Below are positions 1-14,600 of a stretch of 64,000 nucleotides of DNA, one piece after another. This DNA is from Tricharina praecox (Eukaryota), in assembly GCF_024521635.1 (NCBI RefSeq), contig NW_026250429.1:124001-188000 (forward strand), in the 5' to 3' direction. The notes below the pieces were generated by a model that was not told the DNA's origin, did no database searches, and was given only the letters and a program-made list of their open reading frames with translations. How positions within the stretch are numbered: the first letter of the stretch is position 1; the number at the start of each line of letters is the position of its first letter. The position numbers and the translations under genes are program-made.

Positions 1-3000
1 CTCTATGTTCATTTCTAGGACTGGCCGGGGCGGAGGGCAGGTAAAGCCACATCGGGCCGCTTGGTGAAAGTCGAGACGGACAGTGTCGTAGGAACAAGGG
101 GGTGTATGGGTAGACATTAGACGACATACTGGCGCCAGATCTTTGGCTTCCGGTGATTGGGCGTCCGAGTCAGATTTGCTGTCCGGGGCGCCGTGATCGG
201 GGCGGGGGCCGAATTGCGAACCGTCAGCTTGGAAACATGTATATAAAGGACCTACTGTTATGACGAGAGAAATAATAATCAAGTCTTTTCATGCTCCTAG
301 TTTTCACACCGATATGCAGATTCAACTTATGTACATACGCCGATGATTGGAATGCCTACGTCCGTTTAATTCACTAGTTACTGCCGAGCGAGCGAATTTC
401 GCTCTTGATATGTTTGACAGGTAACTACCGTCTATTCCAAAGTCAAACAGAGTGACATAGCAAACGAACCCATCCCCCGCTTGCGAACCGCAAGCACAAA
501 CCGGCTTTCATCTAGCTCTCCCGTCCCCCAGCCTGGACCGAAAATAGACATCTTCTCGACTATCATCAGAATCAGACTCGTTTTGAAGTGCTTCATCCAC
601 TGCTCTATCAACGCTATCCAGGGGGCGCCGTGTTGATTTACATCCGCTTGGAAGCCTATCAGTATTGCGGTAGCCGAGTCTCGCGACCCTCATCAGTAGT
701 GAGCAACTCCATGCCTTGCAGCATTTCTTGTGGATCCAGTGGCCGCATTCGGCAAGTGTTACTCCGTCCCTGTCTGTACCGGTGCGGCGGAGGAGCTGGC
801 AGGAGTTGCTTGTGGTACATTTGCATCTACGCATTGTTGCAGTGGGGGTAGTGGATATTGCTGTTGGTGGTTGTTGTTTGGATTGAGAATATCGCAGTTG
901 GTGGCACCGTGGTTGTTGTGTAGATGGAGGATATTGTGGATAGTAGTTGTTGTGTGGAAGGAGGATGTAAGAGTTCGGGACGTTGACGGATTTATGTGAT
1001 AGATAGTAGCCTATGTACTTGAACGGTAGAAGAAATCACGTGGATTGAAATCAAAATACATAACTAAACATTCTATGTTTGGTCTTCATTATAAAATCCG
1101 TCATCGCATTCAGACGTCTGCGAACATTCTCACCTATGTCGAGCATGTGCGCAATTACAGATGCCATCACTCGCATAAACGAGTGATTACTCATGCCGAG
1201 TTGCTCTTGGTTCGATTATAGTCGAATGGACTGATCCCCTCTTGACAAAGGGATGAGTCTCACGAGACATTAATGACTATACATTGTACTACTAGTGTAT
1301 CGGTTTTCACTATTGCCCTACCGGGACTCCATGCCACGAATCTATCATAGCGCATTAGCAACTAGGTACCCCATTCTCTGCCGATGAGTACAAAAACAGT
1401 CTTACCACTGGTCTCCTCCATTGATGACACTTTCTCAGCGAGCTTCCTGGTGGTATAACCAACAGCTGGAACTACCCAATCTGCGTGTTCGGAGCCTGAG
1501 TTTCATGCTGAGCTTTTAACTGCAGTGCAGCCGTACGATTGTGTCCACATAGAGTAATCCCACCAATACTGAAGAATGTGCCCGCTAGTAAATATTCCTA
1601 TGGGGCCACCCCGAGATTCCTCCTTTCCTTCGATTCCAAGCTGAGATCATTTCTGTAGAGTATCGAAAGGACACCGTGTGATAGCCTAACCGCATCGCGT
1701 CTAGTGTCATCCTTGTTCAGACGTCATCACACCCTGTCCCACCAACCTGTATCTAATCTATCATACGATCGCATCTTATCTTATCGTACCCCACGGGATG
1801 TACTCGTCACAACGGGCGACTCAAGCAACTACATAATGTACTCATCCGATTTCATCATACCTCTATTCGCCCACTTATCTGATCGAAATGAAGGTGCGGA
1901 GAGAAGAGATAGGCTTGACATTCCTACGGACAGGTTGCAACGTTGGAAAGGTCATCGCTTACTAAATACCACGTGGACTCAACCAAGTTCCAATAGCTCT
2001 TCTGCAGTGATTATTGGCACCGTTTCGCCGTTACCAGCACCAGAAATACTCACCTTGTCCAGTTCATCAGATGAAGCCGACCTCATGCTGTCTGTGTCGC
2101 TCTCACCGACCGCTTCAATGTGCTCCGAGACTCCGAGTCGATGAACCCATTTGATCACTCCAGAGGTGGTCGCCCCGAGGCCCGGTGAACAATTCTGCAA
2201 TACTCCAGCAGTGGTGCTCGCCAGTGCACCGCCTCCCCTCCACCGCCCTCAGAGCGAATGGAGGAAGAGGATCGTTCCGTCCTTAGTCTCAACGAATTTG
2301 TCGCGTCGCCGATCATTGACAAAATCCACCACCTGTACGAAGACCTCCAGGAGACTTTCCTCCACGAGCTTGGGCTCGTTAGAACTATTGTCGAAGAGTC
2401 AGCATGTCCGGTTAAGGGAAAAGCATGTCTGGTTAGGGAAAAAGCATGAAAGCTCAAGTGCGGTCGAACGTTTACGTAAATTGTATCTTCCTGATTGGAA
2501 ACCCGACACCAAGACCGAGGATGACTTAGAGGAAGGTGCGATTGGCCCCGGGGCAGTCAATGAAGTCGAGGAAAATTATGATGCTAACCAGGGAAAGATC
2601 ACTTCTTTAAGACGGAGGCCGGGGCCGGCCTAGAAGAGAAGCATTACGACCAAACCTTTGAACAGAAATGCAGGGAGCAAACCGGGGGCACGCTCCAGAA
2701 ACCTCTGGTCGATGCTCCAAGCACCCATGCAGTTAACAGTGCGCACCCAGGAACAACTGGTTGGAAACACGCCGATCATCGTCACCGGGTTCTCAAACAG
2801 TGGGCTAGTCGTTTCAAGGTTGCCATCGAAATCAATGACGAATCACGATGTATGGATGTATGTTCTCTAGATGCTTAAAACCAATACTTAACAGCTGCCT
2901 TGGATATGGGAAGTTCTGTTTAGCGATTCGAAACGCACAGCTTATCGCTTTGTCGGTGGCCTGCGCGAGTCGTGAAAATTGGTTTTTCCCTCCGCATTCT

Positions 3001-4142
3001 TCGTCTGATCTCACCCAACTGAGTCTGTGATGCAACACTCTAAACTACAATGGCATTACCAACTACGAAATCAACTCCAAAGAAGTCCCATACACTCTTC
3101 TTCTCCCTTTTAATCTCGATGTTTTGCATCCCCTAGATAAGCCCTTCTACCCCTCCCCCCGAGACCTCCCACCACATCGTCTTATTATAGACACCCCCTT
3201 CCAGTTAGCGCAGTTTAAACCTCAAGACAATATGATCATGCCTAGCGTTCCCCCAAAGACCCCTGCTCAGACCCAATGCCCGCCCCTTTCCTACCGTTCC
3301 ATAGACCGCCTTTACCGGGCAGGAACGACGTGATAATTGGTGAAGTTGAATGTTTGGAAAGAACATGTTTCTGCGGTTCGAGCGTGAGAGACTGTCGTCC
3401 CGACGTCCCTACCAGTATCCCGGGGCATATATCGGCGTTATAACTTCCCGTTTGCTTGCGGCAAGTGAGGGGTGTATTCACAGGTGTGTTTCCGAGCAGA
3501 CGCCACATCCGGATCGTGGCGGGAACGTGGATGTGGTAGGCAACAGCCCACCCCGTGCCTACACGTCACAACGTCCTCAACGATTAGACATCTCCCACAT
3601 CCTCCGTATGGTCTAGGTATTCTTGCCTCAGCCGTGTCACGTGTGAGTGAGGTCACATGATGCGGTAGGTGCTTGTATTCAACCTAGATAGGTACTCTAG
3701 GTGGGTTCTCGACACGAGATTTACAGGATTGATTTCTCAATGTTTCTGTGCGAGAGAAGCAGACTGCTGTTTCCGTGGTGAGAGATTAACCGGTCGGCTA
3801 CCGCATGTGCCCTCCAAGTACCGATTCGAGTGGCGAGTCGGCACGGGACGTCTTCCCCACATCACACACGAAAAGAAAGACGAGAAAGTGTGACAGTTCA
3901 ATCTAGCCTCGAACCAAGTAACAGTTGAGTGATATGTAAAGTACCATATGTGTATAGAGTGTACAAAAACAGACGAAATCCGGGTTATATAAAAGCACAA
4001 TAACATCGATGAGTACGAAACAGGGGCTCCTGGGAATCAGAAAAAGACAAGACCAAACTGAATGTATCGAAAGAGAGAAATGAGAGAAAACGCATGAAGG
4101 GAAAGCCCCTGTCCAGTAACGCCCGCATACCTGCCTTGACAT

Positions 4143-6774
4143 CTAACGCCCCGTTTGTCCCCAGTCCGGCCATCCTCCCTGCGCCTCCCAGTTGACACCA
4201 GTGACATCCCCCGCCTCCCATCCGAGCTCCCCTAGCCCCGCCAGCTCGTTTCCCAGTTCGCCTTGGTCCCGAAGTAACCACCCATCCGGCCCTTGCCACG
4301 GCGTGTGTGCGGTGCCCATATTCGTGGCGACGTGGGCGACCGCGCCCTGAGGACTCGCAGCGGCATAGATACTCCCCATGTTTGGAGGGTAGGTTGTATA
4401 CGGTAGCATCGGCACGCGCTGCTGCGTTGCGGCAGAGATCGGCGAGAACTCCGGGATGACAATGTCCGAGCGCGGCGAAGTCGAGACGTCCGAGTATGCG
4501 GGGGAGCTAGCTGGCGACGTCGTACTCTTTTCCTGGAGGCCCCATTGTTTGGCTTCTGTGCGAGCGCGGGCGAGGATCACCGCTGCTTCCTCGGGCACCT
4601 CGAGGCGCCAGCGGCGGACGAGGATATCGATTATCACTAGTGATCGGCGGGCGACGAGCCAGCATTCGCCCATTTCCTCGAGGCCGTGGAGGCCTTGGAT
4701 TATGTCCCTTGCCGCGGTCTTTTGTGGTAGGTTGAGGAGATGAATGGTGCACGCGGAATGGATAAAATAGCCAGCTACGTTGCAGATCTGCTTCAGCTTG
4801 TAGCGGTGTTTGTAGAAGCGTAGGTACTTGGAAATGTTCGTCGCCGCGTGGAGACACGCTTTTCGAGGATCAAGGTGGGAGAGCGGTGTGGATGAGCTCT
4901 GGGAGGAGAACTTGAGAAACGGTCGGAACAGGTGGATGTAGAGGGTTTGATGGAACATGTGCATTAGTAGTGCGCTTGGTAGGCTTCCACCGCGAGCCTC
5001 GAGCTCTACCGGAAGCTTCTTGCGCCAATCTTCGAGACGGGAAAATAGCTCGCCAAGTTTCTTGAATTCGGCAGAGATGGATGATTTGGTCAGAGATTTG
5101 GCCATGGGGGATGCGGAGGACGGAGTGGGGTTGTAGAAGCACAGAAGTATATCGTTCGAAATCTCACAGAGGTGGGAGATCTGCAACGAGATGGCACGGA
5201 TTCTCGACGGTTGCGCGTTGTCGATGATGCCTTCGTCTGTGTACGGCACCCAGTTGTCCGAATCTTCCGATGGGAAGACATCAGGCTTGGGAACTGTCAC
5301 CATCGCTGATGGCAACTGTGGCATGCGACCCATGTAGTTGCTCCAACATCTTTTTCTCGGTCAGTGACGGATGATGGATATGGACGCGGAGCAGAATACT
5401 TGTCAAAGAGAAAGCAGCCCCAAAATGTGATCCTCCTGGCATCCGTTTCTTCATCACTCATAGAATCGGTTTCTTTCAACGAAACCGGATCTAAATGAAG
5501 ACCAAGATCCATCGCCATTCTGAAACTCATGCCAGAATAGACCCAACCCTTCGCTTCTCTGCCGCATCCTGCCTCGCGCACCGACATCAGGGCGAGCGCT
5601 TGTACAGTGGTCAGCCGTGGGTTCTCATGCTCATCGTTCTCGAAGATGATTCTCTTCGCCTCCTTGAAGAAATGGTCGCCGGCTGTAGCCGAGTCGTTCG
5701 GATTTGCGCGTGCCGATGGCCATGTCGTGAAATGGCACCCAAGAGCGAGCATGATGTTGACAAGTAACGAGGTGCAGTAGACGATACGACGGGGGTCAAA
5801 GGGTTGTTTGCCGCGGAAGAACTCCTTGTAGAAAAGGTCCTTCGAGAGCGTGGTGAAGAAAGGGTAGTGGTAGGTAAAGTAAAGCGTCTGTCCAAGGTGA
5901 GCAGAGGCCAATAAATGTCGCACAATGGAAGGCTCACGATCAGATGCAATATCAAGTCCTTATCCTGCGTCACCGTCGTCCACGAAAGAATGGGAATGTC
6001 TTGCCGCTGACTCTGCAACGCTGGATTCCCGGCCTCCTCTTCGTCTTCGGTACTTTGGCTGGATGGCAGCAGCATCAAATTCGAAGTCGCGCCGATAAAC
6101 CGCACCTGACCCTCCTCCAGACGAAGCGATCCCATCTTCCCACTTAACTCTGCCTCAAGAGATGACGGTATGCCGTCTCCATCCCCTTCCCAGATACTTC
6201 CCTGGCTCTCCGGCGAATCCCCGTCGACGATCCCCTTCGGACTGGTTGCTGCCCAGTTTTCCGACAGCTGCTTCTGCTCCTCGGCGATCCGCTCTGCCAG
6301 TTCCTCGAGAGAATCGCACGACCGTATCTCCTTCACCAGATCATAAACCCTCTCATCCGGGTACTATTCCAAGTCAGCTGCACTGAAGCGGCGGCACACG
6401 CCATCTCGGGAAGATCGAAGAAGGGAACCACGAACATTTAAGACAGCCTCAATCAGGGTCTGTAGGGTACCATTCTGCGTCTTCAAGCTGTCAATATCCT
6501 TCTTATACACGCCCTTCCTTCGATGATCGGAGTTAAGGTCGTAGACACATTCGGTGTGGTAGACGGAAGCGCACGCGGCACACGAAGGCGTATTCCCGTC
6601 ACACTTCGATTTCCGTTTTCGACACGCGATGCATGCGCTACTCACGCAACGCCGCTTAGTCGGCCGGGACGCATCCGAGAGCTTGTCGCGCCCGGACTTG
6701 GCGAAGCGCGCGGGTTTGGACGGCGTGGGCGAAGGCGAGGACGAGGACGCGGTTGGGGGGTTGGAGGCCTGCAT
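4143..6774 (-). CDS. Zn(II)2Cys6 fungal transcription factor with Fungal_trans middle domain (NirA/Nit-4-like family)
   Basis: CIACRKRKSKCDGNTPSCAACASVYHTEC zinc cluster; middle-homology motifs LTTVQALALMSVREAGCG and RRITFWGCFLFDKCWSNYMGR. Four exons (6774-6436, 6363-5938, 5887-5400, 5349-4143) join in frame through GT-AG introns. Confidence 0.9.
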
Positions 6775-8627
6775 CGCTGGTCGCGTGCAAGGGGGACGTG
6801 CGGGCTCAAGAAATGGCGGAGATCGCGCGAAGAAACCGGACGGCAGTTGTGCGAGTCGTCGTCGTTATAGGCGGGGAGAGGGTAATGGTGATGGGGTGGC
6901 CGGGGGGGCGAAAGTTCAGTCGCAGAGCCTGAGCTACGGTCGTCGATGATGATGCTATCTTCGAGCTGAGCTAAGCAAAGCACGTATGATAAGAGGAAGG
7001 GCAATTGCCAGAGTCGTGGTGTGTATGGCGAGGCGTGCGTATGTAGGTGCGTGGAGTTGTGATCCTTCCCTCGTTCATCATGATGACCGATGGAGCGAAG
7101 GAAAACGTGGGGTAATCTAGCGGCTGGGCGTGTGGAGCACCAGCAGGGGTATTTTTTTTGCGATACTCGCTTGGTAATTGCACGGGAGAGGGCGAAGTGA
7201 GTTCCCAGAATGCGGGCTTCGGCTGCGGACTTTAAAAACCATGCGAAGAGATATGCGAAGAGCCGAAGGTTTTGACGAAGACCGTCAAGAAGCACGCGAC
7301 GGCGGGATGGCGGGAGACTTTGGTCCTTCATAGTCCATGGTTCGGATCATCTATACTATCACGCTTATCGCATGTCCAAGCGGGTCACCCGCAACCACTG
7401 CCCGCCAGGCCGCAGCCAACACCGCGCCTATCATATTTTATTTTGGCCGGGAGTTTATAGTATCATAGGAGATTTCCATTCTGAACCGTATCTCGGTATG
7501 CTCGGTATGGCAAATTTTGGATGCTCGCGAATTCTCCTGCAAGTGTATAATCAAGCGAGAAACCTCTTCTGCGAAATTTATGTTTTCGCTGAACCTTCCA
7601 TCTGGATTTAGTCTATCGATGATAATTAATGTTTATTTGTCTGCAGTAGATAAAACATCGAAGAAACCTCCAGGGCTTTCCAATGACATGTCTCTACTTC
7701 CTGCAGTCGACTCGGCATCCGCGTGGGACCTTCGCCTGTATTATCGTTCAGCGGACGCGGCAAGCACTAGACCGACGCATATAATAGCTTCCCGATGGTT
7801 CCCATTGGGGAGTCTCCCTCATCGAACTTCAAGGATCCTTCGTCGACGATTATACCTTTGAGAACCCCGTCGAGTAGCACACAAAGGAAGTCGGTGATGG
7901 CTACTTTTTTGCTGTTCCGTCACCCATCGGCAATGACCCGATGATTCGATGAAAGAGTGCTCCAACGAAATCAGTGGCAATAGACGGATGTAGAGACCGA
8001 GCGACAGACTTCATTCATAACCTACGCACTAGCATGGACGTACGGCGGCCCACTACCTACCTAGTTTGTATCAGCTGCCTGTAAGGTAGCTATCTTCTCG
8101 GTGAAGATTCTCAACATGACCTCTTGGCCATTCCGAGCTGGTCTACGAAGCGGCGTCGGCTTGCCTTTTTGGTTGACTCCATTCTCGTTTCCGCTACACG
8201 CCGACCGGAGTCCAGGGAGGAGAATCGTCCGGACGGATATCAGTCCGATGGGGGACTATAAGGCAGGGCAGTCCCGGGCAGGTTACCCAAAGGACCATAG
8301 TAGTAGTCCTGTTTGATATTGTCACAGAAATCCGTAATGTCCGATCACAGTTATCTTCGTCTTATACACAATCATGCAACGCAGACAGCCACACAGCCAA
8401 ACAGCTACAAAGCCACAAAGCCACACGCCGACAAATCCACCAAATTCACAAAGCCACACAACAACACTGAAATCCAGCCGCCTGCAATGTCCCAGTGTCC
8501 CATTCCATATCAGCCCCTGTAGGATACCCGTCTTCATTTCGCCGGCTCGAAAGCTGGTAGTCCTTCTTCTCCTCAAACCGACCAACTCCGTCTCGTCGTC
8601 GGCAACCCCAAATGAGGACTGGACGCC

Positions 8628-11600
8628 CTATTCACAGCCCCGGAAGAGACTACATATAGCATGGTGGCCATACTGAGCTGCGAGATCAAACGGCGTCCAC
8701 CCTTCTTTGGCAGTTGCCTCCATGTTGGCCCCCTTCTCGATGAGGAGTCTCGATGTGGCCTCGTCGCCTCGCTGTGCAGCCAGATGGAGTGGCGTCCGCC
8801 CGTCTATGGCAGTTGCCTCCATGTTGGCCCCCTTCTCGATGAGGAGTCTCGATGTGGCCTCGTCGCCTCGCTGTGCAGCCAGATGGAGTGGCGTCGACCC
8901 GTCTTCGTCCACTGCCTCCATGTTGGCCCCCTTCTCGATGAGGGGTCTCGATGTGGCCTCGTCGCCTCGCTCTGCAGCCAGATGGAGTGGCGTCGACCCG
9001 TCTTTGTCCACTGCCTCCATGTTGGCCCCCTTCTCGATGAGGAGTCTCGATGTGGCCTCGTCGCCTCGCTGTGCAGCCAGATGGAGTGGCGTCCGCCCGT
9101 ATGCGTTAGTTGCCTCCATGTTGGCCCCCTTCTCGATGAGGAGTCTCGTTGTGGCCTCGTCGCGTCGCTGTGCAGCCAGATGGAGTGGCGTCCGCCCGTA
9201 TGCGTTAGTTGCCTCCATGTTGGCCCCCTTCTCGATGAGGAGTCTCGATGTGGCCTCTTTGCTGTACTCTGTAGCTAGATGGAGTGGTGTACACCCTTCT
9301 TTGGCAGTTGCCTCCATGTTGGCCCCCTTCTCGATGAGGAGTCTCGATGTGGCCTCGTCGCCTCGCTGTGCAGCCAGATGGAGTGGCGTCCGCCCGTCTA
9401 TGGCAGTTGCCTCCATGTTGGCCCCCTTCTCGATGAGGAGTCTCGATATGGCCTCTTTGCTGTACTCTGCAGCCAGATGGAGTGGCGTACACCCTTCTTT
9501 GGCAGTTGCCTCCATGTTGGCCCCCTTCTCGATGAGGAGTCTCGATGTGGCCTCGTCGCCTCGCTGTGCAGCCAGATGGAGTGGCGTCCGCCCGTCTTTG
9601 GCAGTTGCCTCCATGTTGGCCCCCTTCTCGATGAGGAGTCTCGATGTGGCCTCGTCGCCTCGCTGTGCAGCCAGATGGAGTGGCGTCGACCCGTCTTCGT
9701 CCACTGCCTCCATGTTGGCCCCCTTCTCGATGAGGGGTCTCGATGTGGCCTCGTCGCCTCGCTCTGCAGCCAGATGGAGTGGCGTCGACCCGTCTTTGTC
9801 CACTGCCTCCATGTTGGCCCCCTTCTCGATGAGGAGTCTCGATGTGGCCTCGTCGCCTCGCTGTGCAGCCAGATGGAGTGGCGTCCGCCCGTATGCGTTA
9901 GTTGCCTCCATGTTGGCCCCCTTCTCGATGAGGAGTCTCGATGTGGCCTCGTCGCGTCGCTGTGCAGCCAGATGGAGTGGCGTCCGCCTGTATGCGTTAG
10001 TTGCCTCCATGTTGGCCCCCTTCTCGATGAGGAGTCTCGATATGGCCTCTTTGCTGTACTCTGCAGCCAGATGGAGTGGCGTACACCCTTCTTTGGCAGT
10101 TGCCTCCATGTTGGCCCCCTTCTCGATGAGGAGTCTCGATATGGCCTCGTCGCCTCGCTGTGCAGCCAGATGGAGTGGCGTCCGCCCTTCTTTGGCAGTT
10201 GCCTCCATGTTGGCCCCCTTCTCGATGAGGAGTCTCGATATGGCCTCGTCGCCTCGCTCTGCAGCCAGATGGAGTGGCGTCCGCCCGTCTTTGGCAGTTG
10301 CCTCCATGTTGGCCCCCTTCTCGATGAGGAGTCTCGATGTGGCCTCGTCGCCTCGCTGTGCAGCCAGATGGAGTGGCGTCCGCCTGTCTTTGGCAGTTGC
10401 CTCCATGTTGGCCCCCTTCTCGATGAGGAGTCTCGATGTGGCCTCGTCGCCTCGCTGTGCAGCCAGATGGAGTGGCGTCCGCCCGTCTTTGGCAGTTGCC
10501 CCCATGTTGGCCCCCTTCTCGATGAGGATTCTCAATGTGGCCTCGTCGCCTCGCTGTGCAGCCAGATGGAGTGGCGTCGACCCGTCTTCGTCCACTGCCT
10601 CCATGTTGGCCCGTTCTCGATGAGGAGTCTCGATGTGGCCTCTTTGCTGTACTGTGCAGCCAGATGGAGTGGCGTCCGCCTGTATGCGTTAGTTGCCTCC
10701 ATGTTGGCCCCCTTCTCGATCAATAATTTGACCGTGCGTTCGTCACCTATCATGGCGGCTAGATGCGTCGGCGCCCGCCCCAGTCTGTCTTTAACGTCCT
10801 TGCTCGCTCCCCGGGCGATAAGCAGAGTTGACGTAGGATGATCCCCTTGGGTGGCCGAAACCAGCAACGGGGTTTTTTCGTTCTCACGACAATCAATGTG
10901 TGCACCTGCTAACAACAAAGCTTCTGATACACGAGGGTACTTCCTCATGACAGCGGCGTGTAATAGTCTGTTCCTGAATTCTTTTCCGGCATTGATGTTG
11001 AACTTTTTGTTCGGAACGTCTGTCAGGTGAGACTCGGACCTCGCCCATCCTTCCAATAAGTACCCAGTCGGGTGTTTCGTCAGCGCGCAAATGAGCTGTG
11101 AGACAACATCCGAAACTTTTCGGCGGCAGGATTTCATGTGGTGCGCGAGATTTTGTAGGGCGTAACTGAGCAACGGTCTGTCGTGAAGGTATTGGACATA
11201 CTCGTCGAACTCACCTGGCGTCCAATCCGTTGTATCGCTAGTGGTCTTTAAACTGGTGCTTGCGACACACAGGATTAAATATCGGATACAGGTCACCGAT
11301 ATAGCAAGATGGGCGTTGTCCTCATCCATCTTAAATTTGGTCCTATATGCATATCCGGTTGGCCGCAGAAAATATTCCCGAACGGTTTGATGCATGACTT
11401 GAACGGTACCACTTGTGCGTTCACTTTCTAAAGATCAGATTAGCTCAGCAAACTCGAGAGGGCGCAGTAACACCTACCAATGGCGCCCTTGGAATGCTTT
11501 ATCTCCAGAAGGTTTCCTCCACAGTGTATGATTCTTTTGTCGACATCCTGGATCAGGGCGCGCTTGAATAGTTCGTCTGAAGCAAGATAGCTAACGACCG

Positions 11601-14600
11601 GGGACTCTGGTATAGCTAGGGCGTGGGCAACTTCGGCGTTTGTCGGAGAGCGGGCCGCAAAAAGAATGAACTGGAACAGCCGTATCCCAACTGTAATATC
11701 ACGAGGTTTGCCTTCGAGCAGCCGGCTCAGAATAAGCTCGTATAGTTCTTCCAACTCCTTCGGTAAAGATTTAAGAACATCGAAGATTTCTTCGCTGGAG
11801 TAACCGGTCTCGGCATATACAGATAGTTCTTCCATAACGAGGTGTGTCCACAGGAAAACCCCTTCAGCATACGTGACAATGTGATCGATAGATTCGCGAA
11901 GGATATCACCGGTGAAGCTGAGGGGTGCACCCTTCAGACAAGAAAGAGCGTACTGCTCGATGTCGGGCTTGTTCTCGTCTTGAAGCCTTATGATGTCTGA
12001 AACTGGGATTCTCGATTCGAGCAGACCGATTGGCCTGCTGGCGATGAACACCTTGATAGTGCAGTGTTTGCTATCGGAACAGAGTTCGAGCAGAAGGTTT
12101 AGAATGTCGCGTCTGTCTTCTTCAGTGGATTCATCTACGGCATCGATGATGAGATAAAGCCGTTCCGCATCAGGATGACCACTAAATCTTTTAACGATAC
12201 TCTTCAAAGAGTCATATTGCCATTCCGAAACAAGGCCGTGTCGCAGAGATTCCTTGTACTTCCGATACTCAGGTTGAAAGTGGAAGAAAAACGACTCCCT
12301 CGCGGTGAGGACATCGAAGAGAAGCGATCGAATCATATTGTAATGACTGGTCTGAAGAGCGCCATCCCTGTTGCTGTAAAAGAAGTCGGCGACGATAGCC
12401 GAGCCTGCAGCCGGCTTGAATTTTTTTCGGAAATATTTCGTGAGAGTGCTTTTTCCGCTGCCCGGTTTTCCTTGAATATAAAGAAAGGAGGATTTTTCCG
12501 ACGCTTCCCATGCCTGGTATTTGTCGTGCTTGTGGAACCATTTCAAAGATCCGCGATGCTCCTCGGAGATTTTGTCGTAGCGTGTGTTCTGAAAGCTCAG
12601 AAGATTCAGACATTCTGTAAGCCGTAATTACCAGTCAGTCTCAATAGTAATCGACGCGTTATTCATAACTGGATAGGAACGGAAAAACCTTGTCTTTCTT
12701 TATCATACTCAATGCGAACCACACCGACCTCAGATGACAGCCCCTCTGGGATTCGCCCCGTAAGCAAGGCTTTCACTCTCGGGAATCTCTCCTGGAGGCG
12801 CGCAATGAAACAAATGACTCCCTCAATGAATTTGGTGCTTTGCCGTTGATCCGACTTGTCTAGCCCGTCGATAATGATGACCACCGGTTCATTTCCAATA
12901 GTCGAAAAACGAAGACCATTCTGTAGTGCTTTCCAGTAGTTTTCCGCTATTTCCAGCTGAGGATCAGAGTCCACGTTCAGGAGCTTTTCTATGATGGTTT
13001 CTGCGGAGTCTTGCTTGGCGAATGCGGATGACACCTCGTTGGAGCCTTTTCTACCTAGAACCCCGTCAAGAAGAACACGAGAGAACTCCGAAATGGCTAT
13101 CGTCTGACGTGGTGCTGGTAATGATTTCAGGAATTGAAGAAAGAGAGCTTTAGTGAAATAAGCAGCGGTTTGGTCGGGCCCTGGAGCAGAAGCGCAAAAA
13201 AAGTATAGCAGGAGCTTGGATTTCAGCTTCCATTCGTCGACAAGATGAGCCGAGACCCTGCTCATGTGGAATCGTGGTGGTCCGGACAAACAAAGCACCT
13301 GAGAACAATCCGCCGATTTCCACTGCTCAAATTCTGTATCTCGAAAAATCCAATAGTATTCTGGCTTCTGGTGTACCAAAGGTTCTATCGAATCTTTGTG
13401 CTTCTCCTGATCAGCCGCCGATAAATGTTGCAAGAACAGTTTGGGTTCCATGGCGTCAATCTTGGCCAGAATCATTTTTTGTGTGCATGCCGTAGCTATA
13501 TTGGTAGTTGTGGCCGAATTAGTCGCTGGATAGATGTTTGTGAGTCAATAAATAAAAGGATAATATACCGATCCAATCCTGCAGGTGCTTGACCACTGTC
13601 TGATAGGTCGTGTCTGTTTTAGAGGCAATCTTCACCATATCCGTATGATTTTTGTGAACCGGCAACCGAGTCTCGCATCCAGATGGCAGGAACAATTGAG
13701 CAGACGATTTTGATACCATTTGTTCCGTCGGACCACTTCTAGAAATCCTTCCTGATCTCTGCAGCAATTAGTCGGTAAACACTCATACCAAACAGCGGAG
13801 ACCAGGGCTGACCTACTTCGTCTCCCTCAACTGTCGCTGTCTCGCAAGTCTCATAGAAACTGACAACTTTATGCTTGAAAACTCTCCAAAAACCCAGAAG
13901 ATCCTCCTTTTGGTTGTTCAGAAAGTCGGAGTTCTCTTTCAACAGCCTCAGCAAGTTGTGCCTATCTTCATCCGATTTTCCTTCCAAGATTTCCTCGAGG
14001 CCACCAGCTTTCAGCCCATCGTGTGGCGTTCCGAAGAAAAATATCCCATGTGTTGAATCTAGAAGCGCTTTGTGATCGGAGTTCCGGTGAGAGTTGATTA
14101 ATGTCTGTCGCGCATCGCTTGTTAGTGAACCGCCGGATCAAGACTCGACACCTATGTCGTCAGGCTCCTTACCTGTAAGATCAAGATACCTCCCAAGCTG
14201 TGCCCAATAAAGATGAGAGGCCGATGCTGGGTGCCGAGAATCTCAGTATCACTCGGCAGATCGCGAGCTAGGAATGCATACCTTCGCCGAGCTCCTGCTA
14301 TTCTCCAACTGCTGGATGAATTCACGCGTATAGTCAAGTAGCCCCGAATGACTTTTCTCCCGTCTGAAAAGCCTGCTGTCGTAGCCGTATGTCATAATCC
14401 TGATACCCGTCACGTCGTGAGGCAAGAAATCTGCAAGCCACATCTTGCGGGTCTCCCGGCTCCTCCAAGATCCGAATGCATGACCAGCGAGACCAGTCAC
14501 CGCGACAACACTGCAAAGGGTCATGTCTCAGCAATTTCTCTCATCTGATGCTCAAGTATAGGAGACGGACTCGGCAAGGATATCACCATCGGGTTTATTC

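Noticed and set aside
508..834. Cys/His-rich ORF with RING-like CGHWIHKKC
   Set aside because: The full RING/PHD ligand spacing and a convincing gene model could not be built.
1000..3700. Several short ORFs that might be transposon relics
   Set aside because: No recognisable transposase, RT or integrase motif, and no terminal repeats.
8680..10720. CRISPR-like appearance of constant blocks alternating with variable blocks
   Set aside because: Eukaryotic coding repeat with a 33-codon period; the variable parts are short, recurrent alleles rather than unique spacers, and there are no cas genes.
8661..10841. Long plus-strand ORFs (638, 520 and 205 aa)
   Set aside because: Antisense shadows of the 99-bp ankyrin repeat; a stop-free unit repeats into a long ORF.
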